Program-made: the position numbers and the translations under genes
Assembly: GCA_010909165.1 (NCBI GenBank)
Contig: VJWM01000196.1
Location: 310,001 to 374,000, forward strand
From: Anthoceros angustus
Lineage: Eukaryota; Plantae; Anthocerotophyta
Direction: 5' to 3'
Length of the DNA stretch: 64,000 nucleotides
Notes under the pieces: generated by a model
What the model saw: only the letters and a program-made list of their open reading frames with translations
Databases searched by the model: none
Told to the model about the DNA's origin: nothing
Shown: piece after piece, positions 62,851-64,000 of the stretch
How the letters are laid out: every line of letters begins with the position of its first letter
How positions within the stretch are numbered: the first letter of the stretch is position 1

Positions 62851-63403
62851 CTATGTAAGCGCAATTGAAAATCAAATTTATTGAGAATCGTCGAAACGAA
62901 GACAATGGCGGATTTACTGAAAGCGGCGGATTTACTTCTCAAGCCGCTCTCACTGTTCCTCCGTCCCGGCTCGCGTGGCCCACAATTTTAGCAGTTGCGG
63001 TGGCAGAGCACCTCTAGGCAGTCTATCAGAGCGTCCCAAGGAATGTTGTTCTGATGACGGCACCAGGCCAAGGCGCTCACCGACGAATCGTGCTGCCGAT
63101 TCGAGGATATATGTACATAGGTAAATCGATTACAGGCAGCTTCCATGTTTCTTACGGCAACTTTATGTTGGTCCAAAATACATCCCACCTAAACACTTGT
63201 CGCTAAAAAAAAACAAATCCAACCTGGCCTAGTGGCACTTCCCGTGTTCGTGCGGCACAAGCTTCGAAGTTTGCTTGTACACAATTAAATCTTCAAGCAG
63301 CGTTTGACCAGAAAGTACATCGAAAATTCACGAGGCAACTGCCACTTTGCTGACGGTTGATAACGCCTCCTCGACGCCGGATGCGTGCGCCAACAGATTG
63401 CGA

Positions 63404-63862
63404 TCAATTTGGGGCTGTCTGTTTCCTTGGGAGAAGTGCAAATTCCTGCACACAAAACGAAGTGGCACAAATTGTTGAATCACAAAGGAAGGAGGCCAGA
63501 GCTGCGATTGTCTCGAGCTGCTTACATCCAGGCTGCCGTTCTCCAAAAAGACTCTTTTCACACAACCTGGTCGAATCGGCACGAGAGGGAGAAGGCTAGA
63601 TAAATTAGGAGACCAGAAACCGACTGCGAGCTTGGGGAAATGTGCACTTACCTGTCTCGTACCAGAATGCGGCGTACTGGGGGTCGAATAGCCGACCTCT
63701 CCAACTGAAAAATCAATGACCATGGGTTAGGATTCCAGTTCCAAGATTCCAAGACTGGGCTGCCCTTACAGCAGAAGATAACGCACCAACCATTGTCGCC
63801 GTAAAATGGCCAAAATACTTTCCGCTCGACCTCATGAGTAAAATTATGGCAAATAGTGGTAC
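63404..63862 (-). CDS. 3' exons of an unidentified spliced gene running off the window (exons 63862-63770, 63704-63652, 63445-63404)
   Basis: Three GT-AG-bounded exons with matching phases give ..TTICHNFTHEVERKVFWPFYGDNGWCVIFCFGEVGYSTPSTPHSGTRQEFALLPRKQTAPN*. The family is not recognised. Confidence 0.5.
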
Positions 63863-64000
63863 CTGCAGCCCGACACGACTCTCAGGATATGCGTGCATGA
63901 GATGGGCTTCCAAAGTATGCGAGGAGGTCAGGAGGCTTGATCACTGACGGGTGGTGCCATTTTGTAGCAAAGAGTTTACACAGTGAGCTGCAGACTTGCG

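Overview
Eukaryotic nuclear DNA from a non-seed streptophyte (bryophyte or charophyte alga; this is inferred from the plant-type CYP51G, GET3d and COQ6 genes, short GT-AG introns and a plant-type U6). Bases 1-30.5 kb are a retrotransposon pile. It holds (A) a tandem Athila-like Ty3/gypsy element on the minus strand with very long (~3.5 kb) LTRs that carry a frameshifted ORF; (B) a plus-strand Ty3/gypsy element with the domain order gag-protease-C5 DNA METHYLTRANSFERASE-RT-RNaseH-integrase-PHD finger-LTR; and (C) a 5'-truncated CRE-clade non-LTR element. Bases 30.5-64 kb contain host genes: CYP51, a 6-exon coiled-coil gene, an intronless AT-rich secreted B-type lectin, a GET3d/ArsA-like ATPase, an intronless ETHE1, COQ6 and the 3' end of an unknown gene. 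These are interleaved with a U6 pseudogene, Tat/gypsy, copia, CACTA-like and CRE fragments. The most interesting system is element B, which combines a cytosine-methylation writer with a PHD chromatin reader. Caveat: the repeats show patchy indel noise and re-iterated overlapping blocks, whereas the unique genes are clean. The repeats therefore look like unpolished or mis-assembled long-read sequence, so their frameshifts and copy numbers are not reliable. Coordinates inside repeats are approximate.
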